Virus record (IMG/VR): IMGVR_UViG_3300011335_000495
Location: 1-40,216 of that record
DNA length: 40,216 bases
From: a virus
Taxonomy: Duplodnaviria > Caudoviricetes
Reading direction: 5' to 3' (one strand)
Made by a program: the position numbers and the translations under genes. Numbering within the stretch: the first letter of the stretch is position 1; the number at the start of each line of letters is the position of its first letter. The notes beneath the pieces were generated by a model. That model was not told the origin of the DNA. It was given only the letters and a program-made list of their open reading frames with translations, and searched no databases. Shown in pieces: positions 9,233 through 18,773 of the stretch.

Positions 9233-9763
9233 CTAATACCCTATCGGGCGAGTGTTTTTACGCAACTCACCTAATGCTTCTGCTGCTACATTGCGTGCTG
9301 CACCTTTTGGATCTTTCCAAAACTTAGAAAGGTCAAAACCTTTCAATGGATTCGGATTGTAACCTGAAGGTGTTGGCACAGCAGCTTGTTTCATCCAATC
9401 AAAATACTCTGCTGCGGTTTCGTGATTGGTCATTCCTTTACTAAGCATGAGCTTCTCAATTTCTTGTATATCTTCTTCAGAATGGGCTAAACCCTTCTTA
9501 TACAAGTTATCTCTGCGAATTTTAAGCTCACCAATAGCATCTTTTTCACGCAACTTAGCTTCTAACTGCGCTACCCGTTCTTCGGCATTGTTGATTTTCT
9601 TTTCAGTGTAATCTTCAATTTCGAGTTCAGGAATTGGCATATTAGGGCGGAGTTTCTTAGTCAAACGCAATACTTCCTTGCGAGTAGCAGGATTCTCAGC
9701 CATGTCCTTCATTAGCAAAGCTAACTCGTCACGCTGTTCAAAACTTAGATCTTCTAAAGACAT
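9233..9763 (-). CDS. Putative scaffolding protein
   Basis: Charged coiled-coil sequence directly upstream of the capsid gene; GAGGGG RBS. Confidence 0.6.
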   Translation of the reverse strand: MSLEDLSFEQRDELALLMKDMAENPATRKEVLRLTKKLRPNMPIPELEIEDYTEKKINNAEERVAQLEAKLREKDAIGELKIRRDNLYKKGLAHSEEDIQEIEKLMLSKGMTNHETAAEYFDWMKQAAVPTPSGYNPNPLKGFDLSKFWKDPKGAARNVAAEALGELRKNTRPIGY

Positions 9764-9781
9764 TTTTTAGCCCCTCAATTG

Positions 9782-9967
9782 TTAAATGACTTTTTTTGTA
9801 TCGCCAGGCTTGCTCATAGTCATCATGTTCTTAGAGCCAGCTTTGTTTGAAGCAGTTAAACCACCAAACTCGGAATAACGAGGAGTATTGATAATTTGAC
9901 CATTTTTTTGGTTGTTGTCGGTTGGGTTGCGAGGAGCCGAAGCGCCACGAGGTTTAAACAGATCCAT
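9782..9967 (-). CDS. Small hypothetical basic protein
   Basis: AAGGA RBS; fills the gap in the head operon. Confidence 0.65.
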   Translation of the reverse strand: MDLFKPRGASAPRNPTDNNQKNGQIINTPRYSEFGGLTASNKAGSKNMMTMSKPGDTKKVI

Positions 9968-9978
9968 ATTATTTTCCT

Positions 9979-10509
9979 TTACATGGGTGGTGGAACGGGA
10001 GCGCCAGGGGGTACTGCACCGCCACCTGTAGGTGGAGGCATTGGCAAGACTGGTGGTGGTCCTTCTGGAGCCATACCAGGAATTGCTGGTGCTGACATCA
10101 TCGCCTTACTTTCAGGAGAAGCTCCGCCAGCTTGGGGTAAACTTTGTAACATTTGCAAAATCTCAGCAGGTTGCAATTCAGCAGTACTGGCTTTCTTAAC
10201 GCCTAGTACACCGATCATGCTGCGAATAGCCGATAAAATTTGTTTGCCTTCGGCTGATTCACTACCGATTGCAGGTAAAGATTGCTCTAGTAAATCCATT
10301 GCCATAGATACATTAATCAGGGCTGCTTCACGATTGCCCATTTTAGGTTCTGGAGTAGACATGGGAGCCGCCATTGGTGGACTATTGGGATCTGAGATCC
10401 CCATATCTTCTGCACCTGTTGGCACATCAGGTATGCCATTTGGAGTAGCGCTATCACGCTGACTCTTAATCATATTCATTAATTCTTCGGAAGGTACGCC
10501 CATAGCCAT
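9979..10509 (-). CDS. Pro/Met-rich hypothetical head-operon protein
   Basis: ORF with AGGA RBS; low-complexity termini. Confidence 0.7.
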   Translation of the reverse strand: MAMGVPSEELMNMIKSQRDSATPNGIPDVPTGAEDMGISDPNSPPMAAPMSTPEPKMGNREAALINVSMAMDLLEQSLPAIGSESAEGKQILSAIRSMIGVLGVKKASTAELQPAEILQMLQSLPQAGGASPESKAMMSAPAIPGMAPEGPPPVLPMPPPTGGGAVPPGAPVPPPM

Positions 10510-10529
10510 TTCCTATCAAGTTATTGCAT

Positions 10530-10557
10530 AGCCTAAACTAAAACTATCAATTGTCAA
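10530..10557 (-). promoter_or_regulatory. Possible sigma70 promoter for the scaffold/capsid genes
   Basis: TTGACA-16 nt-TAGGCT on the minus strand, preceded by a G6/C6 hairpin. Confidence 0.4.
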
Positions 10558-10614
10558 GTGGGGGGATTTATTTTATTTCCACCCCCCCAAGGAAATTTCC
10601 ATTGAAGGAGGAAA

Positions 10615-10656
10615 CTATCTCCGTGATTTACGAGTTTTACGAGTTTTACCGTACAT
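10615..10656 (-). CDS. 13-aa arginine/lysine-rich micropeptide MYGKTRKTRKSRR
   Basis: AAAAGGAG RBS 6 nt before ATG, directly after the previous stop. Confidence 0.55.
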   Translation of the reverse strand: MYGKTRKTRKSRR

Positions 10657-10672
10657 ATTGGACTCCTTTTGG

Positions 10673-10846
10673 TTAACCACGAACAGATCTAGGGGCAGCA
10701 CGGGTTTTCATGCCACGATCAAAACTAGGTGTTGCTTGATTACGGTACTGCACACTAGCAGGAGCTTCGGCACGATCTAGCGATTGTGTCGTTACTCTAG
10801 GCTGGTCAGCAGTTGATTGGGTCATAGGCATAGTATTTTCAGCCAT
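10673..10846 (-). CDS. 57-aa hypothetical protein MAENTMPMTQ...RAAPRSVRG
   Basis: AAGGAG RBS and TAATG coupling; below the ORF-track cutoff. Confidence 0.7.
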   Translation of the reverse strand: MAENTMPMTQSTADQPRVTTQSLDRAEAPASVQYRNQATPSFDRGMKTRAAPRSVRG

Positions 10847-11013
10847 TAATATCTCCTTGCTTTACGCATATCTGATTTAGTCATGCTAGGAGCCATACTA
10901 CGATAAATGGTTTTAGGCTCTACTCGCTCAGATTCTTCTGCTTCCATACGCTTTTCCCGTGGACTCATAAGCGACATTGCGGGTTCATTTTCTTTTTGCT
11001 CAGGTGTTTTCAT
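10846..11013 (-). CDS. 55-aa hypothetical protein MKTPEQKENE...MRKARRY
   Basis: AAGGA RBS at the portal stop; TAATG coupling to the next ORF. Confidence 0.65.
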   Translation of the reverse strand: MKTPEQKENEPAMSLMSPREKRMEAEESERVEPKTIYRSMAPSMTKSDMRKARRY

Positions 11014-11016
11014 ATT

Positions 11017-12627
11017 TTATCCTTTTGGTGGAGGGGGCGGTGGAGCCATAGCTTGCATAGCTTCATTCTTTTGTTCTCGCTTCTTTAACTTATCTTTTAA
11101 AAATTGTTTCATAGGTGGTTCTAGTAAGTCAAGTAAATCTTCACGATCAATTGCTTCAGCTTTAAATAGACTAAAGGCAAGGTCTTTTAAGTCTTCCGTA
11201 AAAATGGGAGAATTAGAGTGAGCGTCCACCTTAACCACAAAATCTTTAGTGAATTGGTTGGCAATAAACGGTTGATCGTTAATATCATGGAAATGTGTTG
11301 GGTCGTAGGCTTGTATAAGTTTAAGATATAGGGTTGCCACTTTTTCAAGAGAATCCTCCACAATTAAAGCCCGTTTCTTTGCACGGGAACTACCTAAACG
11401 AGCAAGTTGACTTGCGTGACCTGCTGACCGAACTCCCACCTCACCTTTGCCTTCAAGCACATTGCTAATGCCTGATACTTCAGCAAACATAGCGTCAATC
11501 TCATGGATTACTTCAAATAAATCAGGTGGCATATTAGGAGCCATACGATCTACTTTAGCATTAGGCATATCCGAAGCCAAAAGCCCGCCTGGGCGGTTTA
11601 ACGCAAAGTTCTTCTCATCCAAAATGCCCATAAAGCCTGAGAGAGCAGTCGGTGGATTAACCTGCTTACTAAGTAACTCAAGGATCTCAGCCATACGCTG
11701 ATTGCGTAACTGTTGCAATAAAATCAACTTTTGGCACTCAGACGCACCCCAGTAATAATCGTATAAAGGATTGGGACAAATCTGCACAAAAGGACATTCG
11801 CCTTTTAAAAACATCGATTCGCCAGAACGGTCATAAATAATTACATCAGGGCTTGCTACAGTAACCACTTGGTAGTCGCTAGTAGCGTCATTCCAAACCC
11901 AGAGTTCGTGCATTTCTACGGTTTCTTCTGATACCCGTGCTTTATAACGATTAATGTCATTGAGTTGCAAGTTCACATTGCCGTACATTTGTGGACCTGT
12001 TTGCGACAACAATAAACGGTTAACGCCTTCAGGAATGTCGGTTTCAACTTCGTTATAGCTTGCACTGACTCGATCTACAATCTTTGCCCGTTTGGGGTGA
12101 GAATATAAGCGTGCATAGAGATCTGATTTGGTAATGTAATAGGTTTGAACAATCGCTTCTTGCCGTCCTGTATACGGAGTATCTTCTCGTAAAACGCCAA
12201 TCGCTGACGGCTCAATCATGTAGGGATGAATACCGTCATTAAAGATTAGTTTAATGTAAGTGGTGTTGTACACCAAAGCCCAGTTGAGTGCCGAAGAAAA
12301 GACTTGATCGGCATTGGAATTAAGCCATTCGTCATTGATTGCTTGGGTTAGCGCAGGTGATTTGTATTGCTCTACTTGATTAACGCCAGCCCCTAATGAA
12401 ATAGAGAAGCGAGTAGTTTCAGCAGAGTATAAGAAGCTCGTTAGCTGATCTAGGTGTGGATTGATTTTATTAAAGTAGGCTGGTGGTTCTTCAGGACCAG
12501 AACCAAATAAATAATACGACCGTAGGCTTGAATAATCAGCCCGTCTTTCCTCTTTGGATACTAAGCATTTTTGCATTAGCTCCAAATAAAAGTTTTCTCT
12601 ATCGTTATCGTTATCTGGGATTCTCAT
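11017..12627 (-). CDS. Portal (head-tail connector) protein
   Basis: 536 aa between terminase and scaffold/capsid; CPFV...YYWG.S and helical clip/stem pattern. Confidence 0.8.
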   Translation of the reverse strand: MRIPDNDNDRENFYLELMQKCLVSKEERRADYSSLRSYYLFGSGPEEPPAYFNKINPHLDQLTSFLYSAETTRFSISLGAGVNQVEQYKSPALTQAINDEWLNSNADQVFSSALNWALVYNTTYIKLIFNDGIHPYMIEPSAIGVLREDTPYTGRQEAIVQTYYITKSDLYARLYSHPKRAKIVDRVSASYNEVETDIPEGVNRLLLSQTGPQMYGNVNLQLNDINRYKARVSEETVEMHELWVWNDATSDYQVVTVASPDVIIYDRSGESMFLKGECPFVQICPNPLYDYYWGASECQKLILLQQLRNQRMAEILELLSKQVNPPTALSGFMGILDEKNFALNRPGGLLASDMPNAKVDRMAPNMPPDLFEVIHEIDAMFAEVSGISNVLEGKGEVGVRSAGHASQLARLGSSRAKKRALIVEDSLEKVATLYLKLIQAYDPTHFHDINDQPFIANQFTKDFVVKVDAHSNSPIFTEDLKDLAFSLFKAEAIDREDLLDLLEPPMKQFLKDKLKKREQKNEAMQAMAPPPPPPKG

Positions 12628-13172
12628 TTTTTAATCTGTAAGTTATCAGGATCTCGCAAAGTAGCATTTGGATCAGTTCTAGGTCCTGATTTTATGCCTG
12701 CCTCAGCAGGTGTCAAGCCAACGGGCTCACCTTTAATGGATTGAATTGCTCTACCTGATAATAAACTTTGCATAGTTATTCCTTGGAAACCACCCCATTG
12801 GGCATTATCACCTGCACGGGCTTCCCGTGGGGCTTCTATTTGTGGGGTTGGCATTATTTTGTCCTTGTTACCTTTTTTACGAGTGGCATACTTCTCTGCC
12901 TCTGCGTATTCTTTTTCGGAGAACTTGTTGTTACGGGTGAGGTAGCCCGCTTGGTTCTCGCCTTCACGGGCGGTTTTGATATTGGACATTCCAAATTCCA
13001 TAGCCAATTGCTTAGTGCTCTTGTCGGTAAAGCGAGTTTTTGCAGAAACCATATTAGGGGCTTGCAGAAAAACAATAAAAACTTCTTCATGGCAATCCTT
13101 CATTGGACACTGCGCTTTTTTACTTTCAAAATAGCCGTGTTTTGGACACTTATAGTCATTTACTACCGCCAT
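12624..13172 (-). CDS. Zinc-ribbon-containing hypothetical protein
   Basis: YKCPKHG...CPMKDC at the N-terminus; ATGA overlap with portal. Confidence 0.65.
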   Translation of the reverse strand: MAVVNDYKCPKHGYFESKKAQCPMKDCHEEVFIVFLQAPNMVSAKTRFTDKSTKQLAMEFGMSNIKTAREGENQAGYLTRNNKFSEKEYAEAEKYATRKKGNKDKIMPTPQIEAPREARAGDNAQWGGFQGITMQSLLSGRAIQSIKGEPVGLTPAEAGIKSGPRTDPNATLRDPDNLQIKK

Positions 13173-13174
13173 TG

Positions 13175-13579
13175 TTATCTCCCCTTTAGCTGTTCGTCAA
13201 GTGTTAAATCGTTATATTCATACTTTGGTTTAATTCCAAACTTAATTTGAATCTTGCCATTTACTAACTCTAATTTGCTCGTTCTTTCAAATTGTGGCTT
13301 TGGTTCTTTGCGGTACTGAACAAAACGGGTATTGTCACGATTCTGCATAATCGCTAGTTCTCCACGGCAATACTCTTGATATGCCTTAGATACCCGTATT
13401 TGCATCATTTCTGTCAATGGTTCGGTCAAATACTTAAAAACATCGTAAAAATGCGTTTCAGACAAGCCAGCATGATTAGAAAACAGTTTTAATGAGATTC
13501 CTCGGTCTTTATCAAGAATAAAGCGCCTCATTAGCCTTTTTAGCTCTACTTTAGGGATTGCGGTGTTAACCCTGCCCAT
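13175..13579 (-). CDS. Hypothetical protein, possible helix-turn-helix
   Basis: GISLKLFSNHAGLSETHFY resembles an HTH; overlaps the terminase end. Confidence 0.55.
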   Translation of the reverse strand: MGRVNTAIPKVELKRLMRRFILDKDRGISLKLFSNHAGLSETHFYDVFKYLTEPLTEMMQIRVSKAYQEYCRGELAIMQNRDNTRFVQYRKEPKPQFERTSKLELVNGKIQIKFGIKPKYEYNDLTLDEQLKGR

Positions 13580-15341
13580 AAACCCCGATTGCCTTCAAAT
13601 AATCAGATACATTGCGCCCAACCGTGAGTTGTTCGGGTGTAAAGTCGTCTTGCACCCGTGAAACAGTCCTAGATATCTGACTTGCAATGAGTCTAGGTTG
13701 AACTTGCTCTGCAAACGCAGCCGCAGCTAATGCACAAGCAATAACTCGGTCATCTTTGTTCCTACCTGCTGCTTCTATCGAGCCACCGTTACGAACTAGA
13801 GTTTTCATTTCTTCAATGGTGTCCATATCGTTAATTTCCATCATGCCACGCTCAAAAAAGTCCTTCATGTAGGTCAGCATCCTCTCTTTGGTAGCAGAAG
13901 TGGTTAGCCAGCCAATCGAATTGCTCATGCCACCCAAGGTATCGTTCCTACGCCAAATATAGTTTTGCATATTGGCATAGACATCCATCAGATCCTTACC
14001 CATAGCGCTTCCCATGTGAGCAGCTTGTCTTTTAAGGTTCTTTAGCTCATTAATGACAGCTTGGCCTGGACCATTAACCTCTAAATTTAAAGTAGAGTTC
14101 TTGTAAGCACCTGCTAAATGGGCGATTACCCAAGCAAACTGATAGGTATTCATTTCACTAGTTGCAAAAGAAGCCACTTGTTCTAAGCCATCTGAGTAGA
14201 CTCTAAACACTTGGATACAAAATCTGTCAGCCCAGTCTGAACTTCCGTAAGCTGGATCAGCACCTAAAACATAATAAGCCGTATCAACGGGTTCTTCCCA
14301 AACCTTTAAGGTACATAAGCGATCAGTAGACTTAATCACTTCGGTATCTTGAAAGTTTGTGCCAAAGACATAACGATAAGAAGCAAAGGTTTTCTTCTTT
14401 AAAGACTTGACTGCGTCAGTACAACGGGCATTAGAAAAGAAACTTGTTCCCGTCATAATGAAAGCGTAGTCCTCAGTCGGTGGAAACTCTTGGTACATCA
14501 GGCTATCGTCTTTGATTCCTTCAAATAACTTCCAACGCCACCACGCTATTTGCCGTGAGTTGATATCAAAGTTATAAAGTTTCTTAATGTCTCTCACCCA
14601 TTCCTTTTCTTCGCCTGTGAGCTTGCCATCCCAGTACACCTTGTAAGTGTTGCCATTAGGATCAAGGGTATAAAGCTCATTACGCCACCAGCCACAGAAA
14701 ATGGCTCGCTGAGTTCTAGCCCGTTTAGCGGTGACATACATATCGTGGAACATATTAAAACCACGAGCAGTCGATTCAAACAAATACATTCGATCAGGGT
14801 TGGTTTCTGCTAAAGACGCTAAGAGTGAAGCGAGTCCTTCCTCATCTCCCCAAGAGGAAGTTTCTGTGCCATGTAAGTATGTAATAGCCTTGCCACGACC
14901 CAATGATCCTTTGGCTCTAAGCCCTGCGACTTGATAAAAGAGTCTACTGCGGTTCTTGAGGGAAAGCTGATTCCGATTGTGGGCAAGAAGCGGGATACGG
15001 TACTCTTTGGGCAAACCATCCATATACATGGCAAGGGTTGATCGGAACATATCCCGATTTTCTTCCGTATCTGTTGTAAGGGTTCCTTGCAGACCTGGGT
15101 GCGTAAAGTGCCAATAAAGGTCAAGTGCGAGTGAGATTGTGGTGATTCCAAGTTGCCTTCCTTTCAAAATAACAAAAAAGTGAACATCCTCAGCTAAACC
15201 TTTAGCTATTTCATCCATGACATAGGTTTGAGAGCCTAGTAAATGCCCCATTTTTTTTAAACCTTGCTCTTTGGTTTCTATTTGCAAGGCAGCGCAGAAC
15301 TTATAAAAGCCCTTCTTATCAAAATTCATACGGTAATCCAC
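13566..15341 (-). CDS. terL: Terminase large subunit (start may be the ATG at 15329)
   Basis: Walker A LKGRQLGITT, LHGTE Walker B, FESTA motif III, nuclease GADPA and DDRV. Confidence 0.92.
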   Translation of the reverse strand: MDYRMNFDKKGFYKFCAALQIETKEQGLKKMGHLLGSQTYVMDEIAKGLAEDVHFFVILKGRQLGITTISLALDLYWHFTHPGLQGTLTTDTEENRDMFRSTLAMYMDGLPKEYRIPLLAHNRNQLSLKNRSRLFYQVAGLRAKGSLGRGKAITYLHGTETSSWGDEEGLASLLASLAETNPDRMYLFESTARGFNMFHDMYVTAKRARTQRAIFCGWWRNELYTLDPNGNTYKVYWDGKLTGEEKEWVRDIKKLYNFDINSRQIAWWRWKLFEGIKDDSLMYQEFPPTEDYAFIMTGTSFFSNARCTDAVKSLKKKTFASYRYVFGTNFQDTEVIKSTDRLCTLKVWEEPVDTAYYVLGADPAYGSSDWADRFCIQVFRVYSDGLEQVASFATSEMNTYQFAWVIAHLAGAYKNSTLNLEVNGPGQAVINELKNLKRQAAHMGSAMGKDLMDVYANMQNYIWRRNDTLGGMSNSIGWLTTSATKERMLTYMKDFFERGMMEINDMDTIEEMKTLVRNGGSIEAAGRNKDDRVIACALAAAAFAEQVQPRLIASQISRTVSRVQDDFTPEQLTVGRNVSDYLKAIGVYGQG

Positions 15342-16039
15342 GGTAATTTGTTATTAAAACGCTTGAGTATTTCTCGATTACCGATTTCAAAGAACTCTTT
15401 TTGTACACTATAGTCATTACCACCAAGCCTAAAACAGAAGGTATGCAGGTTAGTACCTACAAACTTAGGAAAGATTTGTTTAGCAGTAGCATAAAAAGTG
15501 CGATCTATTCCATAGCCTTTATTGGAGAGAACTCCGCTAATGGCTTTTAGACACTCAGTTTTCATGCCCCACATACACCAATCAACAAAATGGTGGTTCT
15601 CTATATTCCAAGCAGAATTCGCTTCGCCCAATGCTTCACAGTTATCCAGTAAGAGGAATTTTCCATTCTTATCAAACACCTTTCTAAAAGAATACGCCCA
15701 ATCGTTGCCTTCATTGATTTTCTCCATAATCGTTTCTACATGATTGGCTTCAAACCAATCATCGTCATTACAAAAGAAAGTGACTTCCTCGTTAATCAAA
15801 TGCGGTGCTGCTGCCAACCAACGCCTACCCTCTAAATCTTTACCGCCAATTTTGGTGTCCCAGTAACAGACTTTGATATGGGGATATAAACGCCTTAGCT
15901 CAACAAACTGATTAAAGTTATCGTCACATAAAATGTAGTGTTGGCAAGCATAAGTCTGGCTATAAACCGACTTGATACACTGCTCTAGCTCAAGCGGTCT
16001 TTTACCGTTGGTAACGGTAACTACGGCTGCGGTTCTCAT
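15326..16039 (-). CDS. Glycosyltransferase family 2-like (GT-A)
   Basis: VVTVT...CIKSV.SQT...HYILCDD; FCNDDDW (DxD); coupled to terL. Confidence 0.8.
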   Translation of the reverse strand: MRTAAVVTVTNGKRPLELEQCIKSVYSQTYACQHYILCDDNFNQFVELRRLYPHIKVCYWDTKIGGKDLEGRRWLAAAPHLINEEVTFFCNDDDWFEANHVETIMEKINEGNDWAYSFRKVFDKNGKFLLLDNCEALGEANSAWNIENHHFVDWCMWGMKTECLKAISGVLSNKGYGIDRTFYATAKQIFPKFVGTNLHTFCFRLGGNDYSVQKEFFEIGNREILKRFNNKLPWITV

Positions 16040-16278
16040 TTATGTTGGTTTAGCTTTTTGATTTGAAAGTTTGGTATATCCCAATTCGCTACTTTTAGCC
16101 TAGCATGGTGATTTTTAGCTAGGTCAATCAAAGCGGTATAGGTCATTTCACTATAGGCGTTTTTCCATGACCCTGCCAACTTAATCTTTTGGCTCTTAGT
16201 CTTACAAGCTATAGCTTTATTCATTTGTTCTTTAAAGAGCAGACGCTCTATTCTCAAACGCTCAACATCTGGAGTCAA
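16036..16278 (-). CDS. Hypothetical protein
   Basis: Overlapping stop/start with neighbours (TTG start). Confidence 0.55.
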   Translation of the reverse strand: MTPDVERLRIERLLFKEQMNKAIACKTKSQKIKLAGSWKNAYSEMTYTALIDLAKNHHARLKVANWDIPNFQIKKLNQHK

Positions 16279-16525
16279 GGTCTACATCCTCTGGGCTATC
16301 CAAAATAGACTTTAAATAAGTGATCTCAGCCGTAGCTTGGGCTAAAAGTTTAGAGGACTCGCCATGCACTCGCATGAGTTCGTGAAAGATTTGATCTTTA
16401 CTCATTTCCCAGATCCGTTGCATATACATTTTCTTAGCCTGATCGTTGGCTGTTTCAATGAACTTCTCTGCGCTCATTTCACCATTCATTTGACCATTTG
16501 TTTTTTTTGTCATTCTATTCTCCAT
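16262..16525 (-). CDS. Hypothetical protein (start may be the ATG at 16513)
   Basis: GGAG RBS and ATGA overlap with the upstream gene. Confidence 0.6.
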   Translation of the reverse strand: MENRMTKKTNGQMNGEMSAEKFIETANDQAKKMYMQRIWEMSKDQIFHELMRVHGESSKLLAQATAEITYLKSILDSPEDVDLDSRC

Positions 16526-16722
16526 ACTCTCACTCCGTTGCCTTCCCGCCTAGCGGTAAATTTCATACCTGTCCTTTTTTGTGCCTTGTAGTTTGCATTA
16601 CAAATAATCTGAATCTTCGACTCAGGCACAAAGAAGCACTCACCCAATTCCATTTCTTTGTAAGGATACCTTTTAGTCCTTTCAGAAGGTAATGGAATGT
16701 TACTTTCTACAGCAATTGACAT
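16510..16722 (-). CDS. Small conserved phage protein, probably DNA-binding
   Basis: IPLP...YPY.EM..GE.FFV...F..R....GVRVWR pattern; AAGGAG RBS; first gene of the late leftward operon. Confidence 0.75.
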   Translation of the reverse strand: MSIAVESNIPLPSERTKRYPYKEMELGECFFVPESKIQIICNANYKAQKRTGMKFTARREGNGVRVWRIE

Positions 16723-16760
16723 ATACTCTCCTTAATCTATTTAATCCAATAATACACACT

Positions 16761-17471
16761 ATGTTAGAAACATACAACGAGTATCACCTTGGCGATAACC
16801 TTGTACACCTTAACTATCTAAGGCGCTTGCAACTCCCATTAGGTGAGGACATTGTCCACCACTGCAATCCCATGCACCATAAGCAACTATTACCCTTAAC
16901 CATTGGTACAGCAATCACCTTAGCTGATCTGTACATACCACCTAGTGCAATCAACGCTTGGATTGGGCGGGACAACTACTTTTATACCCACCCACTACAG
17001 GCTAATTGGGTGTTGTTTCACTTATCTTGGTTCGATCATTTATCTAATCTTTTAGGAATAGACAACCCCATAGCTTGCAGAGAAGATCTACTCTTTGAGT
17101 ACCCACTCCTTAACGCTTTCTTACCACTATCCTTTGATACCCTCATAGTCAACGCAGAGCCGAAATCAAACCAGTTACCAACCTTTACCCATGAATTCTT
17201 TAACAAGCGGGTAAAAGAGCTATTAAACGCTGGCAAGAGGGTAATTACTACTAATCCCACAGGAATGTGCCTATCGACTTTAGAAATGGGTATGGATATA
17301 ACCGCCATTGGTTCTCTATCAAAGTACTGTACTAGCATAGAAGGGGTGGCTACAGGTCCTATGTGGACTACCTTCAATGTCTTTAATTTAGAGAATATCA
17401 AGAGTAGGGTTTTGTATTGCGATATTCAAACAGTCAATTTGACGGATAACACCATTACCAAAAAACTGTAA
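16761..17471 (+). CDS. Putative GT-B glycosyltransferase (GT9/heptosyltransferase-like)
   Basis: N-terminal HLGDNL motif and C-terminal I..L...C..IEG..TGP; ATG at 16761 avoids overlap with the divergent gene. Confidence 0.55.
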   Translation: MLETYNEYHLGDNLVHLNYLRRLQLPLGEDIVHHCNPMHHKQLLPLTIGTAITLADLYIPPSAINAWIGRDNYFYTHPLQANWVLFHLSWFDHLSNLLGIDNPIACREDLLFEYPLLNAFLPLSFDTLIVNAEPKSNQLPTFTHEFFNKRVKELLNAGKRVITTNPTGMCLSTLEMGMDITAIGSLSKYCTSIEGVATGPMWTTFNVFNLENIKSRVLYCDIQTVNLTDNTITKKL

Positions 17472-17597
17472 TTTTCTATGGGGGGAGAACGGTGTAGGGC
17501 ACGCACAATCCCCACTCCCTGCCCAATTGGATTGCCAATCTTTTATGCAAGTCTGACTGCTGGCTAACCTGACCTGACCGAATTACCAGGCTATGTT

Positions 17598-17615
17598 GAG
17601 TGTTGATCAACACTC
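17598..17615. repeat. Perfect 18-bp palindrome GAGTGTTGATCAACACTC
   Basis: Self reverse-complementary. Confidence 0.9.
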
Positions 17616-17657
17616 CGATCAGTAGCGTACCCATGCTAATACCACCCCTAATAAATA

Positions 17658-17671
17658 TAGGGTAAACCCTA
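17658..17671. promoter_or_regulatory. Operator-like inverted repeat TAGGGTAAACCCTA
   Basis: 6-bp arms; related TAGGGTAAATACTTA at 28027-28041 directly upstream of a -35 box. Confidence 0.45.
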
Positions 17672-17912
17672 GGGGCGAATAGGTTGCCATTGTTCCCAAT
17701 TTTCTGTAACTATGCCAATGTATTAATTTACTTACTTAACTATTTAACAATTGATAAATTATATTAATATATTAATGAACCGATCATAGTAAAAAACTAT
17801 TAATTTGTCAATCTTGATTAAAATATTTATTTAAGCATTAGTAGTATTAATACTATTAATAGCATTAGTATTAGATTGTAGTAAATTAAAACCTAACCTA
17901 ACGAGGCACACA

Positions 17913-18773
17913 ATGAGCATAGAAAACAAGGTCTATCAACAAGTAACTGACAAAATCATAGAGCAGCTTGAAGCTGGCGCTATTCCTTGGGTTAAACCTT
18001 GGAACGCTACTAGCAGCGCTGATAAGAATGTTGTAAGCAAAAAAGAATACAACGGGATCAATCGTTTAATTCTAGGTATGTCAGGCTATACAAATAGTGT
18101 ATGGGGCAGCTTTAAACAATGGCAAGCATTGGGTGGGACTGTAAGAAAAGGTGAAAAAGGCACAATGATTGTTTTCTACTCACCTATTGTTAAGGACTCT
18201 ATAAACCCTAGTACTGGTGACAGCGAGCAATCTATGTATCACTGTTTAAAGTCTTACTATGTTTTTAATGTAGATCAGGTCGAAGGTATAGAGATTGAAA
18301 AGCCCGAAATAACGCCTAGAGTATTTGAGCCTAGTATTGCTCTTGATGAGCGTATCCTGAAAAGTGGTGCAAATATCAAGCATGGTGGATCACAAGCATT
18401 TTATTCACCTAGTACTGACTCTATCGGTATGCCAGATCGTAGTAATTTTGCTGACGATAACAATTACTATGCCACGATCCTGCATGAGCTAACCCATTGG
18501 AGTGGTGCTAAACATAGATTAGATCGTACTAAAGGCAAAAGGTTTGCTGATAGTGCCTATGCTTTTGAGGAGCTGGTTGCTGAAATGGGAGCAGCATTTT
18601 TATGCCAAGATTATGCAATTAGTGGTGATCTACGCCACGCTGGTTATATCGGTAATTGGCTCAAGTGTTTAAAGGCAGACAATAAAGCGATTTTTAACGC
18701 TGCAGCACTAGCACAAAAAGCTGCAACATATATCAATACCCTTGATTGCATAACTAATCAGGCAGCAGCTTAA
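17913..18773 (+). CDS. ardC: ArdC-family antirestriction protein (ssDNA-binding domain plus zincin-like domain)
   Basis: IIEQLEAG.IPWVKPW, YNGIN, FKQW..LGG.VRKGEK, VFN.DQ, HELTHWSG...RL.R, YAFEELVAE. Confidence 0.92.
   Translation: MSIENKVYQQVTDKIIEQLEAGAIPWVKPWNATSSADKNVVSKKEYNGINRLILGMSGYTNSVWGSFKQWQALGGTVRKGEKGTMIVFYSPIVKDSINPSTGDSEQSMYHCLKSYYVFNVDQVEGIEIEKPEITPRVFEPSIALDERILKSGANIKHGGSQAFYSPSTDSIGMPDRSNFADDNNYYATILHELTHWSGAKHRLDRTKGKRFADSAYAFEELVAEMGAAFLCQDYAISGDLRHAGYIGNWLKCLKADNKAIFNAAALAQKAATYINTLDCITNQAAA

Noticed and set aside
9896-13250. Long plus-strand ORFs (9896..10462, 10907..11221, 12768..13250)
   Set aside because: Antisense to well-supported late genes, with no RBS or recognisable motifs.
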